Shown one piece after another: positions 60,114-64,000 of a stretch of DNA of 64,000 nt. Below the pieces are notes generated by a model that was not told the DNA's origin, searched no databases, and saw only the letters and a list, made by a program, of their open reading frames with translations. Each line of letters begins with the position of its first letter. Position 1 is the stretch's first letter. The translations under genes were made by a program, and so were the position numbers. This stretch comes from Takakia lepidozioides (taxonomy: Eukaryota > Plantae > Bryophyta), in contig CM060733.1 in assembly GCA_030704615.1 (NCBI GenBank), positions 20,026,001-20,090,000 of the forward strand. Reading direction: 5' to 3'.

Positions 60114-63100
60114 GTTACTACTACCTGCAAAACGCTCAACAGCCCCGGACTGGCTGGATATCTTGTTTTTATAGGGTGCTTTCAGCTATGATTACTATCT
60201 AGAAATGCCAAAAAATTACAAAGGTCGGTCTCCATAGCTTGACAAGAACTATGGTCATGTCTGCCTCACTATGATGGGACGTGAAGCTGGCTTCAAGATT
60301 TCCTTAGATGGTAAACTTACCGAAAAACTGATCTGGTCTTGCTATTTGGTCTATCAGATTTTCCTAGCAGTGCCAAAAAGAAGGGCGCTAATGACATGCT
60401 GGCTGCCTGTCTGCGTCCCAGCAGCACCTCGAGGCTCCCTAAAACCCCCTCCCCACTTATTAAACTCATCCCTTCTCTCCCACGCTATCTTCAAATCTGG
60501 TAGGCCCATGTCAGGTTGTACGATGGAAAAGCACACCTGACGTTTCCAGGCTCCTATGGAAATGAACAACCGTAGAACGGCGCCAGATGGTGTGTGCGTC
60601 CGCAGGTTGTTGCTGGGGCAAAAGGCAAGTTGGCCGCTTGCTGGCATGATTGCCTCAGCAAAACACCAAGTTGACGGTTTTGCGCCTGTTTGGTGAGGCC
60701 CTGCTGGTCATGCCCTCATATGGAATGGAAGATTGCTACGATAGACGGCAAGCAATCTTTTTGGTCCATGAGTAACAGATCATGGTATATAAATAATTAC
60801 TTACTACCACTAGCACTTCATGTCGTCTTATGGTGGAACTCATATCTTGATCTTCTTTTATCCCACCTGGAGGTGCATCCATGTCCTCGTCGGATTGTCC
60901 TCGTCGGATTGTTACTTGATGTGATAGCAGCTTGTACCTGCTACTGTTGCTCCTGCTGCGGTATTGTAAAGTCTATTTTTTACTTTGCGTTTCCCCAGGA
61001 TTATGCAAATTTTGTTGTCAACCACAAGTTGAAGCTTTTGGCTAGTGATCCATGTTTAGATTCTGAAAGCCACAATTTGCACTATCCTCCCAGAGTCATA
61101 GGTGACCAAGTGACACTTCGCTTGTGTATTGACAGTAGAGTAATAGAATAGAGAGTGAAGCAAAGAGATCTGCAGTGCACTGACGGGACACTATGCGATC
61201 AATAAATAGCTCGAGTTACTTAAGATATTGCGAGTAGTAAAGTTGTAACCGTTGACAGGCATTCATGGAGACAAAACAAAAGGCTGAGGTTATTAAGGAA
61301 AGCAGCAGGCTACACCAAATATTGAGACGGTCCACCATCTTTCCTCACATGTAAAAATGATAGGTAAGGGACAGACAAATGAGTGCTTTCCCCCCACCTC
61401 CGCCAAGAACCACCAGTTTCATGTGTCCTGCCTTATAGTGGTCATGTAAAGCTGTAGCAGTTTTGCTCTCATATCCACCCATCTTCATGGGCTCACTCGA
61501 ACTTTTTCTGTTGCCTGAGATACCAGTTAAGTCTAAGACTGGGACGAATCACTATCTGAGACGAATGCACTAAAGCCCCTGAACTGCACCACGTTTGCAC
61601 CTTGCAGCCATGCGATCTCAACCCAGCAGTGCTTCTCATGGTGATAAACGTTGAGGTACGGTGCATTTTGAAGAAACTACCACTTCACCTGCTTAAAATA
61701 TCAACTTACATAACTATTAATTGAACAGTAGTCAAGACTGAATCTTTCCATTTTTTAGTAGCTTTATATATTGGATTGTTGATAGATTCTCTGAAGCTAT
61801 AAGAGTTGGAGACAAGACACATAGTGGATACTCATGAGGATCAATTCTTCTGAGCTGCATAAAGTACGTGACTATGCTTGGTGAAATTATCCTCCAGAAG
61901 TGGAATGTCATTACTCTGTCTATTGGCTCTGACCAGTGACCAGGAACCAGGAACCAGGATAAGCAACTGCAACCAACCAACAGCTTTATTGCCGGTTTGG
62001 AAGACAATAACTGGCTTTGTTGTGGACCAAGCCTTGGAGACTCGAATGAAACTACAAGTATCACCTCGTGCACACCTTGTCACCAGAGAGAAGTGAAGAG
62101 CTGGTGGAAATACGACCAAAAACATCAACAAACAGGCATTGACATCATACCACCAACATGCTGCTGATTCTGACAGAGAGAAAAAAAGCTATATAACAAA
62201 CCTGGCATCTCTAGCATTGGTTTGAGCTTCCCGGGCAGCTCCTACATGACGTTGGGCAACAGCTTTGGACTCCTGTATACGAATCTGACGGCTCTCTCCA
62301 ACAGAGCTGTTGGCAATGGCTTCCACTATTATAAATGGAACTGCAGAGAAATAGTACCACGCCTGCCAGCTACCCCACACCACCCACAACACTACTAGAT
62401 CAGCTTTTTTTTACAGCTATGCAACGAGCACATATAGAAACGCCCCCACTTCTCTCTCTCTCTCACACACACTTCTGTACAGTCGGAATCAGAATTTGGT
62501 CTAGGCATATCCGTACGTTGTCCATATGGCCCCTCAGAACCATATGCTCGCTTTCATTTCATCTAGAGTTTGTAAGGAACAGGTCAATCTGGCATCAGCA
62601 TTATGCAGTGAATTTCTCTGAAAGCAGCTATGCAGTGCACTATCTCTGAAACCTAGATCGGCATACACCCACTGGCAACATAGGTCCTCATAAACTACCT
62701 ACCTCTTGCCAAGCTGCTCGACATAGACGTGGGAAACTAAAACCTGGGAAGAGAATCACTGGCAAAATGATGCGAGAGAGATCATGGAGAGAGAGAGGGG
62801 GGAGACAGAGGGTGGAGAAGAGGAAGGAGGAGACCAGACCATGGCGCTACAACCACGCTACAAATCACGCAACTACGCAACCAGACAACCACGCAAGTTC
62901 CACAGGGACAGTTGAGTCAACGCTTCACTTCAAAGAACAGAAAGCCAAATATTTTATTGACTAGGCGTTATCACAGATCATGCTCTCTCAGAGCAGACGG
63001 TTCTCCATCTCTCTGACTCTCGCTCTGTGCCTTTCTTTTGTGCCTCTCTTGTCTATGGAGAAGACCTCTCCCATACATATACTTCCAGAACACCCTTAGT

Positions 63101-63329
63101 CGTCTCTAGGCATATTCGTATTTCTCTGAGTTGACTGCTCGCATTCACTCTCTGAAGGGAGACTGAGATAATAAATGTTCATTCATCAGTTACAGGGATT
63201 CTCTCCGAAAAGATCTCGGAAATATCTGTAAACAATCTGCTGCAGAATTTGAACCGAAATCATAGGATTGAGTATGTCGTTCGAACTAAATGCAAGCCAT
63301 CCTGCAGGTTTATCTGGCAACAACAAACT

Positions 63330-63959
63330 CTACTCATACATATGGGCAGGCAACCTTGGGTGTGCAACAGCAAGCAATGCTTTTGCTCTGGGAAGTGTCA
63401 GTCCGAAGTGCTCTGACATGTCCAAAGTGGTGGGGTCCTGCCCATTTGGAAGAGACCAATCAAAGCTCTGAATAAGGCGAGCAAGCACTATCTGAACCAT
63501 GATAAGTGCCAGCGGCATTCCCGGGCATCCCCTTCTCCCGGCTCCAAAAGGCAGAAGCTCGAAGTCTTGGCCTTTCACATCAATCTCAGGATGCTCCATG
63601 AATCTTTCAGGATTAAACTCAAGAGGTTTCTCCCAGGTAAGAGGATCCCGGCCTATTGCCCATAGATTCACGATCAGACGGGTGTTGGCTGGCAGAATAC
63701 AACCAGCAACTTCACATTGCTCACGAGACACATGGGGAAGCAGGAATGGACCCGCGGGGTGAAGGCGGAAGTTCTCTTTCATTACAGCTTGTAGGTACTT
63801 GAGATTTGGGAGGTCTGATTCCTGGACAAGCCGATTGGTTCCAACGACAGCATCTATTTCAGCTTGTACGCGTTTCAGAAGATGAGGCTTGCGAAGAAGC
63901 TCGGCCATTGCCCATTCTGTTGTGACCGCCGACGTATCTGTTCCAGCAGTCAACATGTC
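63330..63959 (-). CDS. Cytochrome P450, CYP71 clan (A-type), last exon; upstream exons lie beyond the right edge
   Basis: AGTDTS I-helix, ENFRLHP K-helix, PERF, heme motif PFGAGRRGCPG; AG acceptor at 63960-63961. Confidence 0.93.
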   Translation of the reverse strand, partial: DMLTAGTDTSAVTTEWAMAELLRKPHLLKRVQAEIDAVVGTNRLVQESDLPNLKYLQAVMKENFRLHPAGPFLLPHVSREQCEVAGCILPANTRLIVNLWAIGRDPLTWEKPLEFNPERFMEHPEIDVKGQDFELLPFGAGRRGCPGMPLALIMVQIVLARLIQSFDWSLPNGQDPTTLDMSEHFGLTLPRAKALLAVAHPRLPAHMYE

Positions 63960-64000
63960 CTGCATCACGTGAACACAAGAATTTTCACCTCGAAGCCAAC

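Noticed and set aside
60240-62960. Possible minus-strand gene between the hAT MITE and the P450
   Set aside because: Only short ORFs with no recognisable motif; a lncRNA or old pseudogene cannot be excluded.
29876-63959. UGT plus P450 biosynthetic gene cluster
   Set aside because: The genes are about 30 kb apart, separated by unrelated genes; both families are large and no scaffold-forming enzyme is visible.

Overview
Eukaryotic, TE-rich land-plant DNA. The host is probably a non-seed plant such as a bryophyte, lycophyte or fern; this is inferred from gene content and intron structure. Main finding: a minus-strand Ty3/Gypsy-type LTR retrotransposon at 1-8098, running off the left edge. Its Gag-zinc knuckle-protease polyprotein continues in frame into a complete, non-permuted DNMT3-like C5 cytosine methyltransferase domain placed just ahead of the reverse transcriptase. 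The element also has a candidate 111-bp LTR, an extra 249-aa ORF and a captured RPB2 fragment. It inserted into a decayed Sola-like/DUF7869-type transposase gene, which is followed by an AT-rich hierarchical satellite and three decayed FCP1/NIF-type HAD phosphatase-like ORFs. A young chromovirus lacking its RT core sits in that block (14366-20638; 729-bp LTRs, GAATC TSD). Host genes: two inverted Em/LEA_5 paralogues (one with a premature stop), a five-exon UDP-glycosyltransferase, a nine-exon Arg/Glu/Ser-rich conserved protein gene, and the last exon of a CYP71-clan P450. The rest is MITEs, a tRNA-derived SINE, hAT, Copia, Gypsy and LINE remnants, and PPR gene fragments. All coordinates and alignments were read by eye.
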